NCBI GenBank assembly: GCA_041666305.1
Contig: JBAYHD010000004.1
Coordinates: forward strand, 3,946-67,945
Length of the DNA stretch: 64,000 nt
From: Minisyncoccota bacterium
GTDB taxonomy: Bacteria > Patescibacteriota > Minisyncoccia > Phycocordibacterales > Phycocordibacteraceae
Reading direction: 5' to 3'
The notes beneath the pieces are model-generated. The model was not told the origin of the DNA. It did not search any database and saw only the letters and a program-made list of their open reading frames with translations. Each line of letters opens with the position of its first letter. The first letter of the stretch is position 1. The translations under genes were made by a program, and so were the position numbers. Of this stretch, positions 1-8,965 are shown piece by piece.

Positions 1-3000
1 ACTACCAAGACAGCTGTGTTGGTGGTCGTCGCGACCTGGAAGAGGTTCGTGGTGCTATCGGTGGAGTACACCGAGAGGCGGTAGGTGGGCGAAGTGTTGG
101 AGATGCCGACATTGCCGGTGCTGTTGATGATGTGGAATCGGTCGGTCGCGCCAGTCTTGAACGCGATGTCGCCCGAGCCATTCAAGTCAGAGTCGGCGGT
201 GATGACCGCGTCCGCTTGGGCGGTGAGGGTCGAAGCGGTGAGGCCGGCGGTCGCCATACAAGTCGCGTCGGTGAAGCAGAGCTCACTGCTGTTGGTGAGC
301 TGGATGCCGCCGGCGAAACTGCTCTTAACGCTCGTGCTGGTGGCGGTGTAGTGGTCGGCGACGACGCCCGTGCTGCCCACCACCGAGAGCGCAGCATACG
401 GCGAGGTGGTGCCGATGCCGAGGTTGCCGGCGCTCGAGAGGCGCATCTTCTCGCTGATGAGCCCTACGGCCGAATCGGTCTGGAAGCTTAGGTAGCCGCT
501 GTAGTCGCCGGCCGTGGCGTTCTCCATGAAGCCACCGATGAGGCCGAATCCGTATTTCGATATCGCCTTCCCCGTCTGCCCGCCGAAGAGGATGCTCGGG
601 CCAACGCCCGTGTCGCCGGCGGTGGTAGTCTCAAGCGTGAGGAGCGCGGGAGCGGCGGCATTTATCGCATAGGTGTTGTCGCCCTTGATGTGGAGGGCGG
701 ATTCTGGGATTGCGTTGCCCATTCCCACATTCCCGCTCGCTAGCACGGTCATGAGGGTTGAGGTGGATGTGCCGTCGGTGGTGGAGGCGATCGTGAAGAG
801 CGGGGTGTTCGCTGCCGTGCTCGCGGAATTACTGATAGAGAGCATCGAGTACGGAGACGTGGTGCCGATGCCGACGTTGCCTGAAGTATTCAGAATAGTG
901 AAGAAGTCGTTAGCGCCAAAACTAGTGCTGTTAGAAATCTGATAACCCGAATTATTCACTGCGCCACTCACCCAACCGCTGGATGCTCCAAGTGCTTTTT
1001 GATACAGACTTAGGTTATTGCTATCAACCTGCACCTTAAACTGAACCGCATTTGCTCCTGTACGCTCGGCGATGAGGGGCGATGCATTAACCGTCACAAC
1101 TGAATGGAGGAGCGCTGTCGGATTCGCTGTCCCAATCCCAACATTCCCATTCGCCAAGACGGTCATCAGGGTCGTGGTCGCAGTGCCGCCGGTCGTGGAG
1201 GCGATGGTGAAGAGCGGGGTGTTCGCGGCGGTGATCGCGCTATTTGAAATGGAGAGGAGTGAATAGGGCGAGGTAGTCCCGATACCGACGTTGCCTGCGC
1301 CAGTAATGCGCATCTTCTCTGCGATTGTTCCCACATTGCTCGCGAGGAAGGCAATGTCCGACGAGATGGCACCGCCACCGTGACTAGTGAACACACCCGA
1401 GATTTTTGAACCAAGTGCTGTGGTTCCTGCATTGTCTCGCGTCCAGAAGCCGAGGTCGGAGAAGTTGTTGGCCGTATTACTCGTATTCGTTATTGCTATT
1501 GCAGCGTTTGAATTCGTCGTAAGCGTCGTGTTGGTGTGAGATGTTGAAACATCAAGCAGTCGTGAGGGACTCGTCGTCCCGATGCCGACGTTGCCGGCGG
1601 CGTCGATGCGTACTCGCTCGGCGCCGCCGGTGGAAAATGCGAGCGTGCTCGCGAGCGGCGACCACATGCCGGTGATGAGGTCGGAGGAGAAGGTGAAGAC
1701 CGGCGCGCCCGCGAAGCCGCGGGTGGAAGCGGCGAATGCGGGCGCGGTGGAAGTGCCGGTGGAAGTGATGGCGCCGGTGATGGCACTAGTGAACGATGTG
1801 GAGCCCGAGACCGTGAGGTTGCCGCCGACAGTGAGGTTCGCGCCATTCAAAAGCGACAAGTCGCCGTTGCTGTTGATGGTGAGCGCAGTCGTTGTCGCAA
1901 AGCCTGCAGTGCTAGTGGAGATGGCAAAGAGGTTTTGCGTGCCGCCGGCGAGCCCGGCGAGCGAGAGGTTGGCGAAGGGCGAGCTGGTTGCAATGCCGAT
2001 GTTACCTGCGCTGTCTATCGTGAGACGCTCCGTGCTTGAAGTGAAGAAACGCAGGTAGTCGTCGGTGCCGGCGGTGATCTTGGTCGTGAGCGCCGGGTTG
2101 ATGACGCCGCCGATACCCTGCCACACGCCAGTGTCGTTGTAGCCCTCAAACTGGTGCGCGTCGGTGTTGAAGCGCACCTGCCCGATGAGCGCCATCGCCG
2201 GCCTTTGTGCATCGGTGCCGACGGGGATGCGCAGGGCATCGGTGCCGTATATCTCAAAAATGCTTGCCGGCGTGCTGGTGCCGATGCCGATGCGGCCGGT
2301 GTTGCTTGAAATATACAGAAGCGGCGTGGTGGTGCCGACCGTGAAGAAGCCGTCGCCCCACGGCGTGGTGGTGCCGATGGCGAGGCGACCGGCGAAGGTG
2401 CTGGTGGCGGTGGTGCTGGTGGCGATGAAGTACGGCGACTCTACGTGATTGAATGCCGCGAGCGGACCAGCAAACGTGCTGGTGGCGGTGGTGGAAGTTG
2501 CGCTGAAGTAGGAAGCGGAAATTGCTTCGCCGGAAGACAATCCGGAGATAGAAAGGAATCCGGCAGTAAGCGTTCCGCCGATGGTGGCATTGCCGGTCGT
2601 AGTGAAGTTGCCCGTAATGACGGCGTTGCCGGTCTCATTGAAGGCGCCATTGACGGTCGTGTCACCGGCAGTGAGACTGCCGAAGGTGCCGGCGTCTGCG
2701 GAAATCGACGGAATGTTCTGGAATGACAAACCGCGACTATCGCTGAAGCGCGTGATGATGGTTCTCGAAGTGTTCGCAGCGATCGCCGAGAACACATCGA
2801 GACGGAGCGCGGCGAGCGATTGATCCAAATAATCCGGTGAGACGCCCTGAATGATGGTCGTGAAGGAATTCGCGACCCGAGTCGTTGTTGCGTTGGTGGC
2901 GATATTTTGCGGTGCGAAATTTGGATACACGGTCGGCGGCGTAAACAAGAAGGCGAGTGCTCTGCCAGCATCGTTTATGAAATCGTGAATGGTCTCGTAG

Positions 3001-4526
3001 GTGGCGAGTGCGATTTTCTCGCCGGTAGTGAGCGCCGGCAATACCGCGGCGATGGCTGCGGCGACCGGCGGCGAATGAGTTATCGATGTGACCATCGGCG
3101 TCCGTGCGAACGTCTCAAACGCGAGTGCAGTTGTGCCGAGTGCACCGAGATACGCGTCGTTCACCGCGATGCGCGCATTCCTGATGAACGGACTCGCATT
3201 GTTCGCAACTTCGCGCGTGCTCTTCGCGCTTTCGTATGCAAGATTGCCGGCGCCCATCACCGATGCGAGGTACGCGCTTGAAATGCTGTCCGTCGCCGCT
3301 ACAAAATGAGTGGCGCCCGCATATTCCACATCGAAGACCGCTTGAGCGATGGCGGGAGCGATGTGCGCAGGAGCTTCAGTCGCACCGAGGAACACTGCGG
3401 TAGCGAGGGCAGGCACGCGCTCGGCGGCGAGTGCGAGCGCGTTGCCCGTGTTGCCCAGGAGCGCGACTGTGGCGCGAGCGGAGGCGGGTGCCGCGGAGGC
3501 GAGGCCGTAGGAAACCGCCACATCAGCGCCGATGAACGCGTGCGTTGCGTCAATAACCGCCGTGCCGAGCGCGAGATTTGTGTTCGCTATGATTTCCGGC
3601 GTCGCTTTGAGCGTGTCGCGTGTGGTCGCAGCAAGCGCAAGAACTTTTTCACCTGCTGATCCGATGAGCGAGTGGTACGCAGCAAATGCGGCACCGATAC
3701 CGGCGTACGCATTTTCGCCGAGCGCGACATACGCATTCACGAGCGCGCTCGCCGTGCGCGACGGCGAGGTGAGCGTCGCATACGTATCAAACGCAAATGT
3801 CCGCACGTCGTCGGCAGTAACGACCGAACCGTTGATCGCCGACAACTTGGCGGTCCGGTCGCCAAGTCCTGATGCGATGCGAACATTTTTATTTTCATCG
3901 AGCGCCATGCGGAGCGAAGAAAGATCCGGTTCCGCAAGAACGGTTGATGCAATGTTCGCTGTTGTGAATTCGTTTGACGTCGCAACGCGCGGAGAAATTT
4001 TCGCCGCTTCATTTTTCGCCGTATCGATGTGCGCGACGATGCGCGAAGGAATGTCGCCAAACGTCTCAGTGAATCCGAATGCAACCGTGCGTGTCATCTC
4101 TGCCGCACTCGCCGCGAATTGCGGGATCGCTGACGCGTGCGCCGCGAACGCACCTGATGCAACTACGAGAAGCGCTACCGAAAGCGCGAGCGCATGCGAG
4201 CGGATTGAATTTGTTACGAGGCTGAACGGTTTTGGCACATAAAGCGGCGCTGTCAACGTCTTCGTTGCACGATGGATCATCGAGCGGTGCGCACGATACT
4301 CCTCCGCGCGTGCGCTCGCGAGCGCACGCGCGCGAACGATCTTGTGATCGCCCTGCTTATCGAGGAAACGCTCGAGCGAATCTTTTTCGATAAGCCAGTT
4401 GTGTCCGATTCTTTTTCCGGTAATTTTTCCGGAGCGAATGAGGCGAGAAAGATAATCCGAAGTGTACCCAAAAAATTCACCTGCCTCTCTTGTCGTAATC
4501 AAATTTTCTTTAGGTGGAAGGTTCAT
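1..4526 (-). CDS. Giant cell-surface protein, partial (>1500 aa; C-terminus beyond left edge): N-terminal HTH_17 excisionase-type DNA-binding domain, one TM helix, then a long Gly/Thr/Ser/Ala-rich repetitive extracellular region
   Basis: ATG at 4526-4524. Hand translation of the minus strand is open for at least 900 nt: MNLPPKENLITTREAGEFFGYTSDYLSRLIRSGKITGKRIGHNWLIEKDSLERFLDKQ (HTH_17-like), then the hydrophobic stretch ALALSVALLVVASGAFAAHA. All minus-strand ORFs the track lists in 1-4526 share one alternative frame and none is in this frame, which fits one uninterrupted ORF without an in-window stop. The motif GNVGIGTTSP recurs, seen as ccgat(g/a)ccgacgttgcc on the plus strand near 405, 860, 1280, 1585, 1990 and 2285. 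Confidence 0.6.
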   Translation of the reverse strand, partial: MNLPPKENLITTREAGEFFGYTSDYLSRLIRSGKITGKRIGHNWLIEKDSLERFLDKQGDHKIVRARALASARAEEYRAHRSMIHRATKTLTAPLYVPKPFSLVTNSIRSHALALSVALLVVASGAFAAHASAIPQFAASAAEMTRTVAFGFTETFGDIPSRIVAHIDTAKNEAAKISPRVATSNEFTTANIASTVLAEPDLSSLRMALDENKNVRIASGLGDRTAKLSAINGSVVTADDVRTFAFDTYATLTSPSRTASALVNAYVALGENAYAGIGAAFAAYHSLIGSAGEKVLALAATTRDTLKATPEIIANTNLALGTAVIDATHAFIGADVAVSYGLASAAPASARATVALLGNTGNALALAAERVPALATAVFLGATEAPAHIAPAIAQAVFDVEYAGATHFVAATDSISSAYLASVMGAGNLAYESAKSTREVANNASPFIRNARIAVNDAYLGALGTTALAFETFARTPMVTSITHSPPVAAAIAAVLPALTTGEKIALATYETIHDFINDAGRALAFLFTPPTVYPNFAPQNIATNATTTRVANSFTTIIQGVSPDYLDQSLAALRLDVFSAIAANTSRTIITRFSDSRGLSFQNIPSISADAGTFGSLTAGDTTVNGAFNETGNAVITGNFTTTGNATIGGTLTAGFLSISGLSSGEAISASYFSATSTTATSTFAGPLAAFNHVESPYFIATSTTATSTFAGRLAIGTTTPWGDGFFTVGTTTPLLYISSNTGRIGIGTSTPASIFEIYGTDALRIPVGTDAQRPAMALIGQVRFNTDAHQFEGYNDTGVWQGIGGVINPALTTKITAGTDDYLRFFTSSTERLTIDSAGNIGIATSSPFANLSLAGLAGGTQNLFAISTSTAGFATTTALTINSNGDLSLLNGANLTVGGNLTVSGSTSFTSAITGAITSTGTSTAPAFAASTRGFAGAPVFTFSSDLITGMWSPLASTLAFSTGGAERVRIDAAGNVGIGTTSPSRLLDVSTSHTNTTLTTNSNAAIAITNTSNTANNFSDLGFWTRDNAGTTALGSKISGVFTSHGGGAISSDIAFLASNVGTIAEKMRITGAGNVGIGTTSPYSLLSISNSAITAANTPLFTIASTTGGTATTTLMTVLANGNVGIGTANPTALLHSVVTVNASPLIAERTGANAVQFKVQVDSNNLSLYQKALGASSGWVSGAVNNSGYQISNSTSFGANDFFTILNTSGNVGIGTTSPYSMLSISNSASTAANTPLFTIASTTDGTSTSTLMTVLASGNVGMGNAIPESALHIKGDNTYAINAAAPALLTLETTTAGDTGVGPSILFGGQTGKAISKYGFGLIGGFMENATAGDYSGYLSFQTDSAVGLISEKMRLSSAGNLGIGTTSPYAALSVVGSTGVVADHYTATSTSVKSSFAGGIQLTNSSELCFTDATCMATAGLTASTLTAQADAVITADSDLNGSGDIAFKTGATDRFHIINSTGNVGISNTSPTYRLSVYSTDSTTNLFQVATTTNTAVLV
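380..2320 (-). repeat. Intragenic tandem protein repeats (~300-450 nt period) inside the giant surface protein gene
   Basis: Plus-strand segments 700-815 and 1120-1235 are ~80% identical. Shadow ORFs 673..942 and 1072..1266 encode near-identical peptides (VPIPTFP...VEAIVKSGVFAAV). The GNVGIGTT-encoding motif repeats at least 6 times. Confidence 0.55.
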
Positions 4527-5157
4527 GTCGGATATCCGAATTAACTAAATAATAACTTATCATTTCGGCATTTCCTACAAAAAATGTGGGGATAATTATT
4601 TGCAAAAAAGTTACTGTCGCATCGCACTATATTCGCGCATCAAAAATGCATAAAAAATCCGAACATTTTAAGTCCGGAAAGCAGAAAAATTCGCCATAAA
4701 CTCATTCTGAATCAAAAAATTCTCTTTGTTCGCGTCCCAATGCTACTTTTTTCAGAAAAAATAGGCACACAGAGCCATTTTTGCGATCATATACATTATG
4801 TTAGGCAGATATGTGCGGATAGCCGAACAACATAGTGTTTAATTAACTATTCCGGTGCTCCAAACAGCACCTTATACTATCTATATAAAGGTATCCGCAC
4901 ATGTTCGCCTGCGTGTAGGCATTCAATATGCATTATTCACAGGTAGAACGTACACCGCACAGATACCAATGTTCAACACCTGGTGTTGAACATTGGTCAG
5001 TACGATCAACTAAATACCACTTTACGGTGTGTCTATACTCTACGAGCCGTTTACGAGCCCACAAAGCATCATTAAACCTTATAAAATTTATACATCACGA
5101 ACTTAACTTATTAATATGTCGTCTCGTGTATCCGAGACGAGAAACGCTGTATATAAA

Positions 5158-5958
5158 CTATTTATTGTAGAGTGCTACACCTGCAATTAATTGGGCTTGG
5201 CTATTCGAGAGTATGTAGGAGTCCAAATATCCGCTCCCGAGCACTGCAATTGTTGCAATTGCCATCGCAAATACTACTCCGAACGCCTGTAGTGCTCTTA
5301 CTGCCCTTCTGACGCCGCCAACTTCCACCTCCTCGTTTTCCGGCTGGACCACAGTATCTTCTTCAAGCGTCTGCTCAGGCTCATATACCGTGTGTATTGG
5401 TATGCTTACTTCGGGTTCTATCTCTATTGTCGTCTCTACAGCCTCATTTCTGGGCTTTTCCGGCGCGACAGAAGCGATCGTCGGTGTTGCTGTCGGAATA
5501 TTATCGAAACGATCGAACCATGCAGCCCAGGTGTCCTGCAGGCGTTGCGCTACTTCAATTTCTTTTTGCTTATCATCGGTGAGTTCAGGAGATCCATTAC
5601 CACGCAAACGATTCACTGAGGGCAATACTTCCGCATCGGAGGCTTCATAGCGAGGAGATTCCCAGGTAGATTGAAATTGGGGTGCTGTGGAGGTCTTCGG
5701 TTTTGTCTCTTCTATCGGTTCATTCCTCGGATTACCGAAGCGATGGTCATGAAGAGCCGATTCAAGCACATACCAGCTGCGCCCCACGAGCCGTGCAGGC
5801 ACTCTTCCTTCACGACAAAGCTGACCGACGTAATCCTTCGCATATCCGGTCACTTTCGCAGCTTGTTTTGACGATACGTATTTCTTCTCGCCTATGAGTA
5901 TCTCATCCATGTCCACAGTATAGCCATATCTCGGCTGGACTGGAAGGGCTGTGCACAA
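5158..5958 (-). CDS. HTH_17 (excisionase-family helix-turn-helix) protein with C-terminal TM anchor; likely true start at internal Met (MDEILIGEKKY, ~5910)
   Basis: ILIGEKKYVSSKQAAKVTGYAKDYVGQLCREGRVPARLVGRSWYV resembles the HTH of the giant protein. Acidic linker, then C-terminal hydrophobic helix VVFAMAIATIAVLGSGYL. Confidence 0.5.
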   Translation of the reverse strand: MCTALPVQPRYGYTVDMDEILIGEKKYVSSKQAAKVTGYAKDYVGQLCREGRVPARLVGRSWYVLESALHDHRFGNPRNEPIEETKPKTSTAPQFQSTWESPRYEASDAEVLPSVNRLRGNGSPELTDDKQKEIEVAQRLQDTWAAWFDRFDNIPTATPTIASVAPEKPRNEAVETTIEIEPEVSIPIHTVYEPEQTLEEDTVVQPENEEVEVGGVRRAVRALQAFGVVFAMAIATIAVLGSGYLDSYILSNSQAQLIAGVALYNK

Positions 5959-5962
5959 CTAC

Positions 5963-7378
5963 CTAACTAAGCTTGGAAATTATGAGCTTTTGCAGTTCCT
6001 GCGGATTCCCGGCGCCCTTACTTTCCTTCATTGCCTTACCCACGAGGTACTGCAGTGCCGCCTGTTTCCCATTCTTGTATTCCCCCACTGCCTTTGTCTC
6101 ATGAGCGAGTACTGCGTCGATTGCGACCGCGAGCACCTCAATATCATGTACCTGCATGAGGTTGTGCTCCTTTGCAATTACCTCCGGGTCGCCTCCTTCC
6201 TTCGTCATGATAAGCAATACATCTTTGGCGCCGCGCGATGAAAGTTCTTTTGAGGCAAACATCCGTATAAGTTTTGCAAATGATGTTGGCATAGCGCTGC
6301 CGCATTCTCCCGCAAGATCAGATATAAAATAATTCGCAGCAAGCGCAACAGATTCATGTTCCCCACCAAGCTCTTGTATGACCGCATCAAAAAATATTCC
6401 GCGCGCACCGGAGGCAATAATAAATTCGATGTCTTCCGCTTTAATGCCGAACTGCGCGTATCGTTCGCGACGGTCCCACGGCAATTCCGGCAGTGAAGCA
6501 CGCAGCGTCTCTGGAGCGAATTCCGGTATTTGGGAGAGAAAGAGTTTCGGAAGATCCGGCTCCGGAAAATAGCGATAGTCGGCGCTCCCCTCCTTGAAGC
6601 GCTGGTGGAAGGTCTCCTGCTTGCCCTCGTCCCATCCGCGCGTCTCCTGAACTACTTTCCCGCCGCTCTCAATGAGCGCCGTCTGGCGTTCTATTTCGTA
6701 CGCGATCGCTCGCTCGACGGAGCGGAATGAATTGATATTTTTCACTTCCACTTTAGTTCCCAAACTGCCTCCTGCTCCTGCCTCCTGCTTGCTCACACTG
6801 ACATTCGCCTCGATGCGCATCTCTCCCTTCTCAAGGTTCGCCTCACCGGCACCGAGCGTGCGAAGAAGAAGCTGGAGCTCGCGTGCAAATTTCCCCGCAG
6901 TCTCTGCGTCGTGTATTACCGGCTCGGTGACAAGTTCCATAAGCGGAATGCCCGCGCGATTAAAATCAACAAGACTTTTTCCTTCGGCATGAATGGAGCG
7001 TGCCGTGTCTTCCTCCAAATGCACGCGCGTGATGGCGACGCCCGCGAGCGAACCTCCGGTGATGAGCGGGTGCTCGTACTGACTGATTTGATACCCCTTC
7101 GGGATGTCCGGATAAAAATAACTCTTGCGATCGAATTCGGTGAAGTCGGCAATCGTCCCGCCGACCGCAGTTCCGATGCGCAGAACGTGTCGGACCGCTT
7201 CATGATTGATGACCGGCAACGTCCCCGGGTGCGCGAGACAAACGGGGCACACGTTCACGTTCGGCCGCATCTCATCGGGGTCGTTCGCCGAATTGCAGAA
7301 CATCTTGGTTCGCGTCTTGAGTTCCGCGTGAATTTCCAAACCTATGGTCGGGCGATACATACGGGAACGATACCCCAA
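5963..7378 (-). CDS. gatB: Asp/Glu-tRNA(Asn/Gln) amidotransferase subunit B
   Basis: PTIGLEIHAELKTRTKMFC, CPVCLAHPGTLPV and a GatB/YqeY-like C-terminal tail. Length 471 aa. Confidence 0.93.
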   Translation of the reverse strand: MGYRSRMYRPTIGLEIHAELKTRTKMFCNSANDPDEMRPNVNVCPVCLAHPGTLPVINHEAVRHVLRIGTAVGGTIADFTEFDRKSYFYPDIPKGYQISQYEHPLITGGSLAGVAITRVHLEEDTARSIHAEGKSLVDFNRAGIPLMELVTEPVIHDAETAGKFARELQLLLRTLGAGEANLEKGEMRIEANVSVSKQEAGAGGSLGTKVEVKNINSFRSVERAIAYEIERQTALIESGGKVVQETRGWDEGKQETFHQRFKEGSADYRYFPEPDLPKLFLSQIPEFAPETLRASLPELPWDRRERYAQFGIKAEDIEFIIASGARGIFFDAVIQELGGEHESVALAANYFISDLAGECGSAMPTSFAKLIRMFASKELSSRGAKDVLLIMTKEGGDPEVIAKEHNLMQVHDIEVLAVAIDAVLAHETKAVGEYKNGKQAALQYLVGKAMKESKGAGNPQELQKLIISKLS

Positions 7379-7400
7379 ACCGCGGAAAGAGCCAAACCCC

Positions 7401-8375
7401 TTAGGCTTTTTTGAGTATTTTTATCAGTGTATCGGAAAACGCTTTGAGGGATTTTGGCTCCTGTACCGACACCGAGAGTACTTCCCTGCCGGTCTCGCTA
7501 GAGAGCAATTGCATCTTTATATCGCGCTCCGCAGGCGAAATAAGGTCCGTTTTAGAAAGAACTATGATCTCGTGCTTCTTTGTAAGCTCCTGCCCGAATG
7601 ACTCCACTTCTTTATGCACTTCTCCATATGCCGCAAGTAGGTCATCTTGGTCAGCCGAGACGAGATGCAGTAAGATTCCTGTCCTTTCCACGTGCTTAAG
7701 AAATTTAATTCCAAGACCTTTGCCAGACGAGGCTCCTTCGATGAGGCCTGGGATGTCTGCGAGTATATAACCATAGAACTCCCCGAGGCTCGGTGAGAGA
7801 GTCGTGAACGGATATGAACCGACTTTAGACTTCGCCCGAGTGAGCGCATTGAGAAGCGATGACTTACCGGCGTTCGGCAGGCCCACGAGCCCGGCATCGG
7901 CGATGATCTTGAGGGTGAGCTCGATATCCCCACCCTTGCCCGACTTACCCAGCGTTTGCTGAAAAGGATTCTGATTGGTGGAGCTTTTGAAGCGCGCATT
8001 GCCAAGACCTCCTTTGCCGCCATGAAATAATTCTATCTCTTCCCCTTCTTTCGTAATTTCATACTCATCTCCTGTTTGCAGTACGCGCGCAATAGTGCCG
8101 ACCGGTACGTTGATGATTGCATGCTCACCGTTCTTTCCGTGCTTCAATTCTCCCTTTCCCGCTTCGCCGTTCTCTGCATGAAATTTTTTTTCATAGCGAT
8201 AGAGCGAAAGCGCCGCGAGATCGCGCACGCCGCAGAGTATGACGTTGCCGCCACGCCCGCCGTCGCCGCCTGAAGGACCGCCGCGCGCCGTCTCTTTGGT
8301 GCGTAGCCAGCGAATGACGCCATCGCCGCCCTTACCCGACTCCGCATGAATAGTTGCTTGGTCTACAAATGCCAT
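7401..8375 (-). CDS. obg: GTPase Obg (short form, no C-terminal extension)
   Basis: N-terminal Obg fold FVDQATIHAESGKGGDGVIRWLRTKETARGGPSGGDGGRGGNV, then GTPase motifs GLPNAGKSSLLNAL and DIPGLIEGAS. Confidence 0.9.
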   Translation of the reverse strand: MAFVDQATIHAESGKGGDGVIRWLRTKETARGGPSGGDGGRGGNVILCGVRDLAALSLYRYEKKFHAENGEAGKGELKHGKNGEHAIINVPVGTIARVLQTGDEYEITKEGEEIELFHGGKGGLGNARFKSSTNQNPFQQTLGKSGKGGDIELTLKIIADAGLVGLPNAGKSSLLNALTRAKSKVGSYPFTTLSPSLGEFYGYILADIPGLIEGASSGKGLGIKFLKHVERTGILLHLVSADQDDLLAAYGEVHKEVESFGQELTKKHEIIVLSKTDLISPAERDIKMQLLSSETGREVLSVSVQEPKSLKAFSDTLIKILKKA

Positions 8376-8397
8376 ATATCAGTACACAGTAGCAAAC

Positions 8398-8859
8398 ATG
8401 TGCATAAAATGCTCCTCCCTCCATATATGGAGGTATTATCGAAGTATGAAAAAGAAAATTAGCGAACTCAGCGAGCAGGAGCGCATTCGGACTCTTGATA
8501 CGCTCTATACGGCCGCATCGTCCGTACGCGGTCGTTCTGCAGTCAAATTATTCCTGCGTGACCTGCTCACCGAAAGCGAGCGGATCATGCTGGGACGCCG
8601 GATCATGATCGCCCGCCTTCTCCTCCAGAATGAAACTCCGGAAACAATACGGAAACGGACTGGTGTCGGGTACGGAACTGTCGGGCGTGTGCAACACTGG
8701 CTCCGTGATCGGTTTCCTGGATACGAGACAGCCATTGCGGCGATGGAGGAAGAGTTCGGAAAGCGCGACTTCAAAAGAAAATATGCGAAAAGCATGTTGT
8801 TCCGCTTCAAAAAACGATATCCGCTCCATTTCCTCCTCTTCCCCGAACCAAAGGTCTAA
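8398..8859 (+). CDS. TrpR-like YerC/YecD-family DNA-binding protein (likely start 8446, MKKKISELSEQ)
   Basis: LLTESERIMLGRRIMIARLLLQNETPETIRKRTGVGYGTVGRVQHWLR matches the TrpR_YerC/YecD helix-turn-helix pattern. Small, about 137 aa. Confidence 0.6.
   Translation: MCIKCSSLHIWRYYRSMKKKISELSEQERIRTLDTLYTAASSVRGRSAVKLFLRDLLTESERIMLGRRIMIARLLLQNETPETIRKRTGVGYGTVGRVQHWLRDRFPGYETAIAAMEEEFGKRDFKRKYAKSMLFRFKKRYPLHFLLFPEPKV
8417..8432. promoter_or_regulatory. 16-nt perfect palindrome CCTCCATATATGGAGG in the divergent obg/trpR-like promoter region; candidate operator
   Basis: Perfect palindrome 14 nt upstream of the likely start (8446) of the TrpR/YerC-like gene. The identical 16-mer recurs at 8875-8890. 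Confidence 0.35.
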
Positions 8860-8864
8860 CTGAA

Positions 8865-8900
8865 ATCCAAAAACCTCCATATATGGAGGTTTTTGGATTG
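8865..8900. terminator. 36-nt perfect palindrome AATCCAAAAACCTCCATATATGGAGGTTTTTGGATT between convergent genes; bidirectional terminator-like hairpin (A-tract / stem / T-tract)
   Basis: Perfect inverted repeat with AAAAA on the 5' side and TTTTT on the 3' side. It sits between the 3' ends of the trpR-like gene (+) and secA (-). Confidence 0.6.
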
Positions 8901-8965
8901 GCCTTTCTTGATCGGGTCCTTTTTGATTTGTTTGTTGTTTGTTTGCGTTTGCTGACGCTCACTGA

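Noticed and set aside
85-4242. Many plus-strand ORFs (e.g. 132..491, 1582..2058, 3532..4242) and alternative-frame minus ORFs across the first 4.5 kb
   Set aside because: They are low-complexity, Ala/Arg/Ser-rich shadow frames of the single high-GC giant gene on the minus strand. All listed minus ORFs share one non-coding frame.
4673-4697. GUCCGGAAAGCAG resembling the conserved SRP (4.5S) RNA domain-IV motif
   Set aside because: The flanking sequence cannot form the required helix, and the downstream conserved CCAAGGCAG is absent.
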